Translations under genes and position numbers: made by a program
Notes under the pieces: generated by a model
The model's database searches: none
Told to the model about the DNA's origin: nothing
What the model saw: only the letters and a program-made list of their open reading frames with translations
IMG/VR virus record: IMGVR_UViG_3300030118_005216
Coordinates: 1-54,227 of that record
DNA from: a virus
Lineage: Duplodnaviria > Caudoviricetes
Length of the DNA: 54,227 bases
Strand: one strand, 5' to 3'
Part shown: one piece after another, positions 37,010-45,351 of the stretch
Layout of the letters: every line of letters starts with the position of its first letter
Position numbering within the stretch: the stretch's first letter is position 1

Positions 37010-37600
37010 GTCTTCAGATTACGTCTCATCTCTGAAGAAAGTTTCATGTTTTTACTTGCAAAAACAAAAACGCATTTTGCGGAGATGGGTTCGCGTTTCT
37101 ATCTCTCCTGTGGATTACCCCTTTTCTTTTTTTTACGAAAGGCTAACCGCTGTGGAAAAACTCTTTTCTCAAACGATTAGCCCTCCTTCGTCGTCTGGAG
37201 TTTATCTCTCAGGAAATCTGGCTCGGACTCCTGTGATGACCGTCCGAACTCCGGAAGCTGGGTCTCTCTGCGAAACTCTATTTTGTCACCTATAATTGTT
37301 TGCCGCTTATTAGTACATGTAAGCAAGAGGGTTTTCTGTCAGACAAAACAACCACTTACGTATGAGTCAGGTGCTGACCAGAAAAAGTTGCTGTCTATAC
37401 TATTAGAAGCAAGAACCTAATAACCTATGGTATCAGGGGGTAATAGGTACTGACAGGGTGGAGGGAAGCGTAACCCCAGAAGCTGGGTTTCTTCGCGAAG
37501 CTAATAATGTAGCTTAAACCTATATTATCCCTAAGGCTAACAAGTACTCACAAGCGTCAGGCAATTATGTTTGACGGTACTGTGGAATCACATAGTTTAT
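37010..37600. other. Long non-coding region, candidate replication origin/control region
   Basis: No credible ORF; A/T tracts, repeated GAAGCTGGGTYTCT and DnaA-box-like 9-mers; upstream of the primase-helicase operon. Confidence 0.4.
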
Positions 37601-37602
37601 GC

Positions 37603-37631
37603 TTGACACCACTCTCCGCATACTATAGTCT
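37603..37631 (+). promoter_or_regulatory. Sigma70-like promoter TTGACA-17-TAGTCT for the replication operon
   Basis: Perfect -35; a second candidate, TTGACG-16-TAGTTT, lies at 37571-37598. Confidence 0.75.
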
Positions 37632-37637
37632 GTCTCC

Positions 37638-38000
37638 ATGACTACGAAGAACGAATTACTGACTCTCGCGAATCAGGCTTCTTTGGCTCTGGGTATCCCC
37701 CGGAATGAAGCTATTGCCTACTCACTTAGATTAGTCCTATCGATGAGTCCTCCTGTTGGGACAGACTCTCGTGGTCCCGATGAGGTTCTGGGTGCTGCCT
37801 CTCGTCTCATGGAGACAATGGGTAGTTTCACCATGGATGACCTTTTGGATGAGGTCTACGGAGACTCACCCATCTTTTCGCCCCATAAGGTGAAAATCTT
37901 TGCCGCGAAGCTTCTTACGGCTTCCGGCTATACACGGCGGCAGTTTCGACGGGGGAACCGTCGCCCTCTTCTTTGGTACAAACACAGCATGGAGCAATGA
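37638..38000 (+). CDS. Probable DNA-binding protein (helical N-terminus, winged-helix-like C-terminus)
   Basis: FTMDDLLDEV...AAKLLTASGYTRRQFRRGNRRPLLW; no RBS, apparently leaderless. Confidence 0.55.
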   Translation: MTTKNELLTLANQASLALGIPRNEAIAYSLRLVLSMSPPVGTDSRGPDEVLGAASRLMETMGSFTMDDLLDEVYGDSPIFSPHKVKIFAAKLLTASGYTRRQFRRGNRRPLLWYKHSMEQ

Positions 38001-38275
38001 TGCTTAATATAAATTTTATCGGAAAGGCCCGACAGTCTGAAGTATTGGATGCCGCACGAAACGGCGGCACGGGTAAAAGGGAGCGCAAAGCTGCTTCTCT
38101 GCGTTTACCCCCCGACCTTTGGAATGAAGTAAAACGCGCGTCCAATCTGTTGAGCGCAATGTTTCCAGACAAATACGTTACAACAAACTCTACCATTGAG
38201 TTTCTACTCAGTGAGTCTCTTGAGGCTTTCTGGGAAGACCGCTCTCCCACCCCTTGTCTTGTCGAAGAAGAATAA
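37997..38275 (+). CDS. Ribbon-helix-helix-like DNA-binding protein
   Basis: RKAASLRLPPDLWNEVKRAS...TTNSTIEFLLSESL; ATGA coupling. Confidence 0.6.
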   Translation: MMLNINFIGKARQSEVLDAARNGGTGKRERKAASLRLPPDLWNEVKRASNLLSAMFPDKYVTTNSTIEFLLSESLEAFWEDRSPTPCLVEEE

Positions 38276-38280
38276 AATAA

Positions 38281-38318
38281 AACCCCGGTTGCACCTTTGC
38301 GGGAGCACAACCGGGGTT
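38281..38318. terminator. Strong hairpin before the primase RBS (minus-strand terminator-like)
   Basis: Perfect 11-bp stem AACCCCGGTTG/CAACCGGGGTT preceded by an A-rich tract. Confidence 0.55.
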
Positions 38319-38333
38319 GCTTAGGAGCAGTAG

Positions 38334-40541
38334 ATGCCGAACCTTTTCCCTCTCAACATCACCCTCTTCAAAGAAGGCTTTACTAGTGTATCGCCTGTGG
38401 CTGTTACCGTCAAGGATGCCGCAAATCTTAGCCGTATATTTAGTAGTCCTCCAAAAAGGTCAGCGCAGTTCCCCAAGAAGCGTTTGCCTTGTTGGTCTCC
38501 AGCGAACTACCTGCCGAACACTAAGCGTGCGAATGATAACGTCAGCGAAGTGACAGTCCTTGTCTATGACTTTGACCATGGCAAAGACTCGCCCGACTTT
38601 GTGGCGAAGATTCTACGCAAGAAAAACATAGCGTTCATCCTACACACGACTTGGAGCCATAGACCAAGTGAGCCCCGATACCGTATGCTCCTGTTCTTGG
38701 ATAGGCCCCTCACCCCAAAAGAATATCCAACCGCATGGGCGAAGGGATTACGCTTTATGGGTTATGATGCTGGGGTTGACCGTCAGGCGCGGAACATATC
38801 CAGACACTATGCTTTGCCTGCCCAAGTTGACGGAGAAGAATACGTTGTAGAAATGAACTTAGCGGGTGTCCCCTTGAAATCAGATGAAATAAGCAAGCAG
38901 GATAAAAAAGAAGAACGCAAAGCTGGCGAGCCCGTTCTCAAGCTGGATACTCAACTGATTCTCGACACGGGTGAGATTACTTCTGTCGCAGCCCTCATGA
39001 AGAATGGGGAAGGGAAGTATAAATGTACTTGCCCCTTCCAAGAAGACGCCTCCCCCGGTTCAGCTTTTCTACGTGTCATGGCAGATGGCCGAACCTTTTT
39101 GCAATGCACGAGTGACAGGCACGACCATGAGGGTAAGCAGTTCTGGCTTAAGAATAAAACGCGAGGGAATCGCGCAGCCCGAAGTGTGGAGGATAGAGAG
39201 CAGCGCTTGGCTGAAATACCCGAAGACTTGAAGAACTACGCAGAGCGAAGATTAGCTTACAATGCAACTCAGGGTGTCTTCTACCGACACGCAGAAGGCG
39301 CTTGGCAAATTAGCCAGCCGATTCGCAAAGACCCATTGACTGACCACTTCATTGGTCTTTTGCCCAAGGGTTGTGACAAGAATCATGCAACAGCAATCAT
39401 AGACCATATTCTTTCTCGTCAAGTTTATGGCTTCGATTGTCAGAGCAGTCGTGCTCCTGTTGTTCGTAAGAACGAGGTTCCGATGCTCAATCTTTACGCA
39501 TGGCCAGACCTCCGAGCAAAAGCAGGAAAACATTCTCGTGTTTCAGAAATCGTAGAACTTCTTTGCGCGGGCGATGCGCAAGCTGTGAAGTGGTTGATGC
39601 ACTGGAGCGCAGCCTTAGTCCAGCATCCGGAGCGTAGAGCTATGGTGGCGGTGCTCGTTCTCTCTCCCCAACAAGGAATCGGTAAGAGTCTTTACGGCAG
39701 AATCCTTGCTGAGATTATTGGTAAAGGGAACTCTGTGGTCGTTAGCAACAAGGCGCTTCGCGATAACTTCAACGCCCACTACGTTACCAGTCTTCTTGTT
39801 CTGGCAGATGAGGTTGGTATCGACAAGAAGTCCGCAGACATAATCGCAGAGATTAAGGCCGCGATTACAGATGACCGGGTTCATTGCTCTACGCCTTACG
39901 CAGCCCGAACCACTGTGACGAACCGGATGACTTGGTGGCTTACCTCTAACAAGCGTAGGCCTTTTCTTGTTGAACAGGATGACCGCCGTTTCACAATTCT
40001 GTCTCCCGGTCAAGCAGAGAAGAAGTATCGGAAGATGCTTCAAGCCTGCTTCGACTCCAAGACCTCTAAGTTTGCTACAGACTTTTACGAAGAGATCCAA
40101 GGCTACGCAAACTATCTGAAGAATCTCCAGATTGATTGGAATCTCATTGCCCGTCCATACAACACCGACGCCAAGAAAGAAATCCAAGGCGCAAGTATGG
40201 GTAGCATGGAATCCTTCACCCTTGAACTTAGCACTAACGGCGCTTCCGAAACACTTAGTAACTATCCTCCCGGCCCTTCGTACTTGAGAATCTCAGAGCA
40301 AGCTGCCGCAAGCGTTGTTCCCTGTGAGACTTTGTATGGTTCGTATCGGGAGTACTGCACTAAGAATGGTAAGAATGACATGTACAGCGAAAACATGCTT
40401 CGTCTTGCCATTCGAGACATACCGGGAGTTTCTGTAGTTCCTGCCCGTGTTGGTGGCAGGAAGGTGCAAGTCTACCGAGGTTTGCCCAAGCAGAAAAAAG
40501 AAGAGGCTGGAAAAGTCGTAAGCATTTCGCCCCAACAGTAG
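38334..40541 (+). CDS. Primase-polymerase fused to an SF3 helicase (DUF5906 / NrS-1-like)
   Basis: AEP-like motifs VYDFD, HTTWSH, RYRM; Cys/His cluster CTCPF...QCTSDRH; Walker A PQQGIGKS, Walker B VLADE, motif C LTSN, DDRRF. Confidence 0.88.
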   Translation: MPNLFPLNITLFKEGFTSVSPVAVTVKDAANLSRIFSSPPKRSAQFPKKRLPCWSPANYLPNTKRANDNVSEVTVLVYDFDHGKDSPDFVAKILRKKNIAFILHTTWSHRPSEPRYRMLLFLDRPLTPKEYPTAWAKGLRFMGYDAGVDRQARNISRHYALPAQVDGEEYVVEMNLAGVPLKSDEISKQDKKEERKAGEPVLKLDTQLILDTGEITSVAALMKNGEGKYKCTCPFQEDASPGSAFLRVMADGRTFLQCTSDRHDHEGKQFWLKNKTRGNRAARSVEDREQRLAEIPEDLKNYAERRLAYNATQGVFYRHAEGAWQISQPIRKDPLTDHFIGLLPKGCDKNHATAIIDHILSRQVYGFDCQSSRAPVVRKNEVPMLNLYAWPDLRAKAGKHSRVSEIVELLCAGDAQAVKWLMHWSAALVQHPERRAMVAVLVLSPQQGIGKSLYGRILAEIIGKGNSVVVSNKALRDNFNAHYVTSLLVLADEVGIDKKSADIIAEIKAAITDDRVHCSTPYAARTTVTNRMTWWLTSNKRRPFLVEQDDRRFTILSPGQAEKKYRKMLQACFDSKTSKFATDFYEEIQGYANYLKNLQIDWNLIARPYNTDAKKEIQGASMGSMESFTLELSTNGASETLSNYPPGPSYLRISEQAAASVVPCETLYGSYREYCTKNGKNDMYSENMLRLAIRDIPGVSVVPARVGGRKVQVYRGLPKQKKEEAGKVVSISPQQ

Positions 40542-40550
40542 GAGGTAGAA

Positions 40551-42122
40551 ATGTTTCGCCGTATGTATTCGGTCCCCCATTTTTTGGAGGACATTCCCGG
40601 GGTTTGGAAAAACAAGAGAAGCCACGGCTTCCGTGTTCCTATCAACTGTTTACCCCTGATTGATAAGCCTCTGCCTGAAGGAACTGAAAAACTGAGCCTT
40701 GCTTTGTCTAGTAAGTATCTGCACGACTGGGTGGGTGACTTCTTGATGGAGCACCAGAAAGCCATCATAAACAAAGGTCTAAACCGTGAGGGTTTTCACG
40801 CTTGGTCTCCGCCCGGGTCTGGTAAAACTCTGTGCGGTATCGTGTGGCTCGCTGCTCACGCAGGCCCGAAGGTTGTAATTACAAAAGCAGCCGCCCGGGG
40901 GACATGGCGGGAAGAGATTCGTAAGTACTCTTCTTTTGAGCCCTTGATGCTCACTGGCCATAAACCTTTTCGTCTGTCCAACCAGAAGAATGTAATCTAC
41001 ATCACTGCATGGGAAACACTGATGCACTGGCAGAAGGAACTCAAAAGCCTACGCATCGATGCACTGGTCATGGATGAGATTCACTGGGCGAAGAACCCTA
41101 AGCGAGTCAAAGCTGTAGTTGGAAAAGATGGCCGATCAAAGTGGGAGCCTCTTTCTAATACAGCAGCGGCGTCAATGGCTGTAGCCCACTCAGCCCAAAG
41201 GCGTTTAGGCTTAACGGCCACTCCCATACCCAACCGACCAAAAGACTTGTGGGCACAGTTAGATTTAGTCGAGCCTTGGCAGTGGGGAACATTCCACACT
41301 TTTGGTGTGCGTTACTGCGGCGGCTACCAAGACACGTATGGATGGAAGTACGACGAACTTAGCAACGGGGAAGAGTTGCAGGAAAGGTTGCGCTGGTCAA
41401 AGCACAACACAAGCCAGAAAGCAATTAACGCTCGTTTGCCCAACAAGCGGCGTCAGGTGGTTTACCTCGAACAGTCGGAACAGAACCGACCATCAGCTTT
41501 TAGGCAAGACATAAAACGTGTGGCAAAGACCGGCGATAGAGAGAGTATGTTCGAGGTTATGCTTCACGAGGCTGCTTCACGTAAGCGCAAGTACATCATT
41601 GATAGGGTTTGCGATGCTGTGAAGTCCGGACAGAAAGTGGTTGTGTTCACAGGACGTAGAAAAGACTGCGACAAACTCGGACAAGAGTTGTCCGGAAAGA
41701 TTGGTGATAGTCCGATATGGTGTGCCCATGGCGGAACTACTTCTGAAGGCAGAGATCAGATTAGGAAAGAGTACATGGAGGAGTCTCGCGGGTGCGTACT
41801 CGTTGGGACCGGAGACGCATGGGGAGAGTCAGTCAATCTTCAGGACACAGACTTAGCCCTATTCGTAATGCTGCCATGGACACCCCGTTCCATTGGACAG
41901 TGGGAAGGCCGATTCGCGCGTCTGGGACAAAAGAGGCCAGTACTAATTACATACGTTATCGCTTCGGGAACAGTTGATGAACACGTCGCAGAGTTGCTTG
42001 TGGACAAACTTCCAGCAGTTGGACAGGTAGCTGATGATGAAGTGATTCAAGAGGTTGAAGCTGCCTTTTCGGGGACTCAGGAAGACCTGCTTGGTAGGAT
42101 TTCTTCACTTTTCTCGACTTAG
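40551..42122 (+). CDS. SNF2-like SF2 helicase
   Basis: PGSGKT, MDEIH, LTATP, KVVVF, GESVNLQ, QWEGRFARLGQ. Confidence 0.92.
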   Translation: MFRRMYSVPHFLEDIPGVWKNKRSHGFRVPINCLPLIDKPLPEGTEKLSLALSSKYLHDWVGDFLMEHQKAIINKGLNREGFHAWSPPGSGKTLCGIVWLAAHAGPKVVITKAAARGTWREEIRKYSSFEPLMLTGHKPFRLSNQKNVIYITAWETLMHWQKELKSLRIDALVMDEIHWAKNPKRVKAVVGKDGRSKWEPLSNTAAASMAVAHSAQRRLGLTATPIPNRPKDLWAQLDLVEPWQWGTFHTFGVRYCGGYQDTYGWKYDELSNGEELQERLRWSKHNTSQKAINARLPNKRRQVVYLEQSEQNRPSAFRQDIKRVAKTGDRESMFEVMLHEAASRKRKYIIDRVCDAVKSGQKVVVFTGRRKDCDKLGQELSGKIGDSPIWCAHGGTTSEGRDQIRKEYMEESRGCVLVGTGDAWGESVNLQDTDLALFVMLPWTPRSIGQWEGRFARLGQKRPVLITYVIASGTVDEHVAELLVDKLPAVGQVADDEVIQEVEAAFSGTQEDLLGRISSLFST

Positions 42123-42126
42123 CGCA

Positions 42127-42156
42127 TTGACAGGTGTCCGACACCTGTGATAGCCT
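42127..42156 (+). promoter_or_regulatory. Promoter TTGACA-18-TAGCCT with a perfect palindromic operator
   Basis: ACAGGTGTC-C-GACACCTGT at 42130-42148 overlaps the -35 and the spacer. Confidence 0.8.
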
Positions 42157-42182
42157 CAATACACCTTTCAACAGGAGTACCC

Positions 42183-42653
42183 ATGAACATCTTCTTCCTT
42201 CACCCCGACCCCGGCCTCGCTGCCCGTTCGCTTTGCGACAAGCATGTGCCCAAGATGGCTCTGGAGACCGCTCAGATGCTCTGTACCGCCGTCAATGAGC
42301 ATGGTGGTACCTCGGCCTACAAGAGCGCTTACAAGAACCACCCAAGCACCGTATGGGCGCGTCGTAGCCAGACCACCTTCCTGTGGCTCTGTGAACACGG
42401 ATTAGCTATCTGCTCTGAGTACACCAAGCGGTTCGGCAAGGTCCACAAGTGTGAGGCTGTTATTCGAGAATGCCGAGAACAGATTAGTCTTCTTCCCAAT
42501 GAGGGCGCTTATCCTGCTCCGCAATGTATGCCCGACCAGTACCGATGCGACTCTCTCTTCGATGCGTACCGTGCGTACTACATCAACGAGAAGGCTTACT
42601 TCGCCAAGTGGGAGAAAGGAACGCCTGCTCCGAGCTGGTGGCCCAATGTCTAG
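42183..42653 (+). CDS. Pyrimidine dimer DNA glycosylase family protein
   Basis: MNIFFLHPDP...CDKHVPKMALETAQMLCTA...HPSTVWA...EYTKRFGKVH...PQCMPD...AYRAYY; CAACAGGAG RBS. Confidence 0.85.
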   Translation: MNIFFLHPDPGLAARSLCDKHVPKMALETAQMLCTAVNEHGGTSAYKSAYKNHPSTVWARRSQTTFLWLCEHGLAICSEYTKRFGKVHKCEAVIRECREQISLLPNEGAYPAPQCMPDQYRCDSLFDAYRAYYINEKAYFAKWEKGTPAPSWWPNV

Positions 42654-43506
42654 GATTCTTCTTAACGCTGGCCCATCCGAGCGCGGTTGGCACCGCATTG
42701 AGGGAGCATCCCGCTGCTTACGTCTATTCGCTTGGCGTGAGACAGGAGCCCTAAAGTGGAAGACAAGTATGCCACTTGTGAAGGGTAGCCTTCTCCACAT
42801 CGGACTGGCCCACTACTACGCACGCAAACGCTGTGTCCTGAATGGTGAAGACCCTGACACTTACTACACGCCTGAGGAGGCTGTGCATGCTTTGTCAGAG
42901 ATTGAGGCAGAGGCAGCAGAGACTGCGCACGACGTCGCGCTCTGGCGCGTACACGTCCCTACTATTGTATTAGCGCTAAAAGAATATGAGGCTCGTTGGC
43001 AGTATTGCCGCTGGGAGCCCGTCATGGTCGAAGAAGAGTTGAGAGCGCATATCCCCAAGATTGGTGGTGAAGGTAAATTCCTATTCACCCAACGCGCTGA
43101 CTTAGCCGTAAAAGATGCAGACGGTACTTACTGGATTGTTGACCACAAATCCTGCTACCGCATTGAGAGCAAGACTCTCCGACAGCACATTCTTTCCGGA
43201 CAGTTTCTTGGTTACCAGTTGTTTGGTCGAAAGCTTTGGGGAGAGAAGTTTGGAGGCATAATCGTGAACCGCGTGAAACTGTCTGAGCCTTTTGGTTTTG
43301 ACCGCACAGTTCTGGAGCCTGCCCCTAACGCCATCAAGGTATTCGCAAAGAACTTAGCCCTACAGGAACAGATGGTTGATATGTTTGTAGGCAAGCCGCC
43401 TCTTGAGTGGCCCGCCGTCTACAGTGACCAAACGTGTTGGGGTAAGTACGGTAAATGTGACGCCTTTGAACTTTGCCAATGGGGACCAGAAGATGCCATA
43501 CGCTGA
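42646..43506 (+). CDS. Cas4/RecB-like PD-(D/E)xK exonuclease (start re-called at MSRILL)
   Basis: N-terminal Cys, GSLLH, E-x-E, RADL, IVDHKS, QFLGY, and C-terminal C-x6-C-x5-C. Confidence 0.85.
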   Translation: MSRILLNAGPSERGWHRIEGASRCLRLFAWRETGALKWKTSMPLVKGSLLHIGLAHYYARKRCVLNGEDPDTYYTPEEAVHALSEIEAEAAETAHDVALWRVHVPTIVLALKEYEARWQYCRWEPVMVEEELRAHIPKIGGEGKFLFTQRADLAVKDADGTYWIVDHKSCYRIESKTLRQHILSGQFLGYQLFGRKLWGEKFGGIIVNRVKLSEPFGFDRTVLEPAPNAIKVFAKNLALQEQMVDMFVGKPPLEWPAVYSDQTCWGKYGKCDAFELCQWGPEDAIR

Positions 43507-43747
43507 TAAAAAAGACAAGAAAGCCCACGACAAGAAGTACGGAAAGAAAACGAAGTCTCTCCGAGTACTGAGAAATAAGGCTCGTAGAAAAGCTCTCCGA
43601 GAAGGTAGAGCATCTAAAGGCGATGACACCCACGTTGACCACAAGGTTCCGCTTTCCAAGGGTGGCGGCAACGGAGATGGGAATACCCGTGTGGTCAAGG
43701 CAGAGACGAACATGAAAAAGTACAACAAGACAACAGGAACAGCATGA
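43493..43747 (+). CDS. Small HNH endonuclease-like protein
   Basis: RNKARR...HVDHKVPLSKGG.N...N.RV...TN. Confidence 0.75.
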   Translation: MPYADKKDKKAHDKKYGKKTKSLRVLRNKARRKALREGRASKGDDTHVDHKVPLSKGGGNGDGNTRVVKAETNMKKYNKTTGTA

Positions 43748-44628
43748 GTGACGGAATCTTTGGGGTAATTTACGGCCCCTCAAAAACAGGAAAAAGCACA
43801 GCTACAGGTGCAGCCGGTGCAGGAGGCCTATTCCTTGCGCAGACCGGAGGACTCCTTCCCCTCAAGAACTTCTTGGGTTTGGAGAACATTAGGACTGCTA
43901 CACCTGCGGGTGTTGAGGATGCCGCACAAATGGTAGCTAATAACGCTGGCAAGTTTCCTACCATCGTTGTGGATGACTTCTCTTTGTTGGTCGAAGGAAC
44001 TGTGACAGACCTTGAGAAGAAACATTCTTTTGGTGATATGTGGCGTAAACTTCGCCAGCAAGTTTTGTTCATGCGGGATTCAGCCCGGTACGCTACATCA
44101 AAGGGAACACACGTTTTCTTTAACTGCCACCAAGTTCCGCCTAAGGTTTCTTCTGGGAAGCAGGTTCGTGGCGGACCTAAACTTCCCGGCCAGCTTCCAG
44201 AACAATTTTCAGCGTTCGCAGATATTGTTGCCCGTGCTGAGTATGAAGAAACAGCCGCTCCTTGGAAGTACCTACTTCGTACAGGCCCACACCCTGACTA
44301 CATTGCAGGCGACCGTCTTGGTGTCCTGCCTGACCCGGCCCCGATGAACCTCAGAGAAGCGCTAATCGCTGCCGGATATGATTTGCCCCGCCCGAAAGGA
44401 CTCGAGTGGATGGACAAGACTGCTGAAAGACTCGCAGACCTTGTACTTAAAAATGGTCTTGAAGAATGGAGGACCACACTTTCGGAAGCTGGGAAAAAAC
44501 TTGCAAGCAAACATGACTTGCGACACGTCCGCTGGGTTTTGCAGGATTCGCTGCACCGCGCGGTAATTAAAAACGCGGGAGAGAATATCCTTGACCGCAT
44601 GTTCATCGATGAACAGGAGCAATGGTAG
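43744..44628 (+). CDS. Sak4-like / AAA_24 ATPase (recombinase)
   Basis: IYGPSKTGKST, TIVVDD, VFFNCH, GGPKLPG, FADIV; lies between the nuclease and SSB. Confidence 0.8.
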   Translation: MSDGIFGVIYGPSKTGKSTATGAAGAGGLFLAQTGGLLPLKNFLGLENIRTATPAGVEDAAQMVANNAGKFPTIVVDDFSLLVEGTVTDLEKKHSFGDMWRKLRQQVLFMRDSARYATSKGTHVFFNCHQVPPKVSSGKQVRGGPKLPGQLPEQFSAFADIVARAEYEETAAPWKYLLRTGPHPDYIAGDRLGVLPDPAPMNLREALIAAGYDLPRPKGLEWMDKTAERLADLVLKNGLEEWRTTLSEAGKKLASKHDLRHVRWVLQDSLHRAVIKNAGENILDRMFIDEQEQW

Positions 44629-45164
44629 TTATGGAAAAATTGAGCATTGAACTTGATTTCACTGGTATTCAAGCAGCCTCTGGTGGTCTCGGATACCTCA
44701 AGGCTGGTCTTCATACTGGCACAATTTTGGAGTTTAACCACTTCGAAGATTCTGGTCGGCTTTACGCCTACTACATGACTGATGGTGTTCGCCATCGGGA
44801 TTCTTTCAACCTCACTTCTCCCAATGCCCTTCCATTCCTGAAGGCTATGTTGGAGAGTGCAGGTGTTCCTGCCAACAAGCTTGGTGGGAAGAGCAACATT
44901 CCGTTCCATAAGTTGGCCGGAAAGACCGTGTACTTTAACTACGTGCCACCAGAAATGGATAGCACCGGGAAGGCTGTCCAAGGTTCGTACCCTAAGTATA
45001 CTTACTACATCAAAGACCGGTATGCTCAGATGGCAGAAGCCACTGCTTTGAGTCCGCAAGATGTTGACGTAGCAGAAACGAATGGGGGCGGGGCTCCAGT
45101 TGCACAGGCAGCAAGTGCGGCTTCGGGTGATGACTTCGATTTTCTGCTCGGGTCTGACGACTAA
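44622..45164 (+). CDS. Single-stranded DNA-binding protein (DUF669-like)
   Basis: LDFTG...LKAGLHTGTI N-terminus and acidic/aromatic tail DDFDFLLGSDD; follows the Sak4-like gene. Confidence 0.7.
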   Translation: MVVMEKLSIELDFTGIQAASGGLGYLKAGLHTGTILEFNHFEDSGRLYAYYMTDGVRHRDSFNLTSPNALPFLKAMLESAGVPANKLGGKSNIPFHKLAGKTVYFNYVPPEMDSTGKAVQGSYPKYTYYIKDRYAQMAEATALSPQDVDVAETNGGGAPVAQAASAASGDDFDFLLGSDD

Positions 45165-45176
45165 CAGATTGGAATA

Positions 45177-45250
45177 CCACCATGGCAGACGGTGGAAATA
45201 GTCTGCCTTCCTGTTGCGACCGTGGCGGGTCGGTCGAAAAAATACCCGCC
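45177..45250 (+). ncRNA. Two tandem H-type pseudoknots
   Basis: CCACC-AT-GGCAGAC-GGTGG-AAATA-GTCTGCC and CGACCG-T-GGCGGGT-CGGTCG-AAAAAAT-ACCCGCC; all four stems are perfect Watson-Crick. Confidence 0.8.
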
Positions 45251-45351
45251 CTTTTTTGCTATCGCTGCGCCGCTAAAGTCGGTTCTGCTAGGGGCTAAGC
45301 ATCCCCGTTGAGTGGCGATAGCAACCTTCTCCCTCTCTTGGATAAACCTCC

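Noticed and set aside
37008-37295. 95-aa ORF after the terminator
   Set aside because: It has a TTG start inside the terminator T-run, no RBS and an atypical composition.
45256-45324. tRNA gene
   Set aside because: The fold is branched but lacks the T-loop GTTCRA, a D-loop consensus and an anticodon arm.
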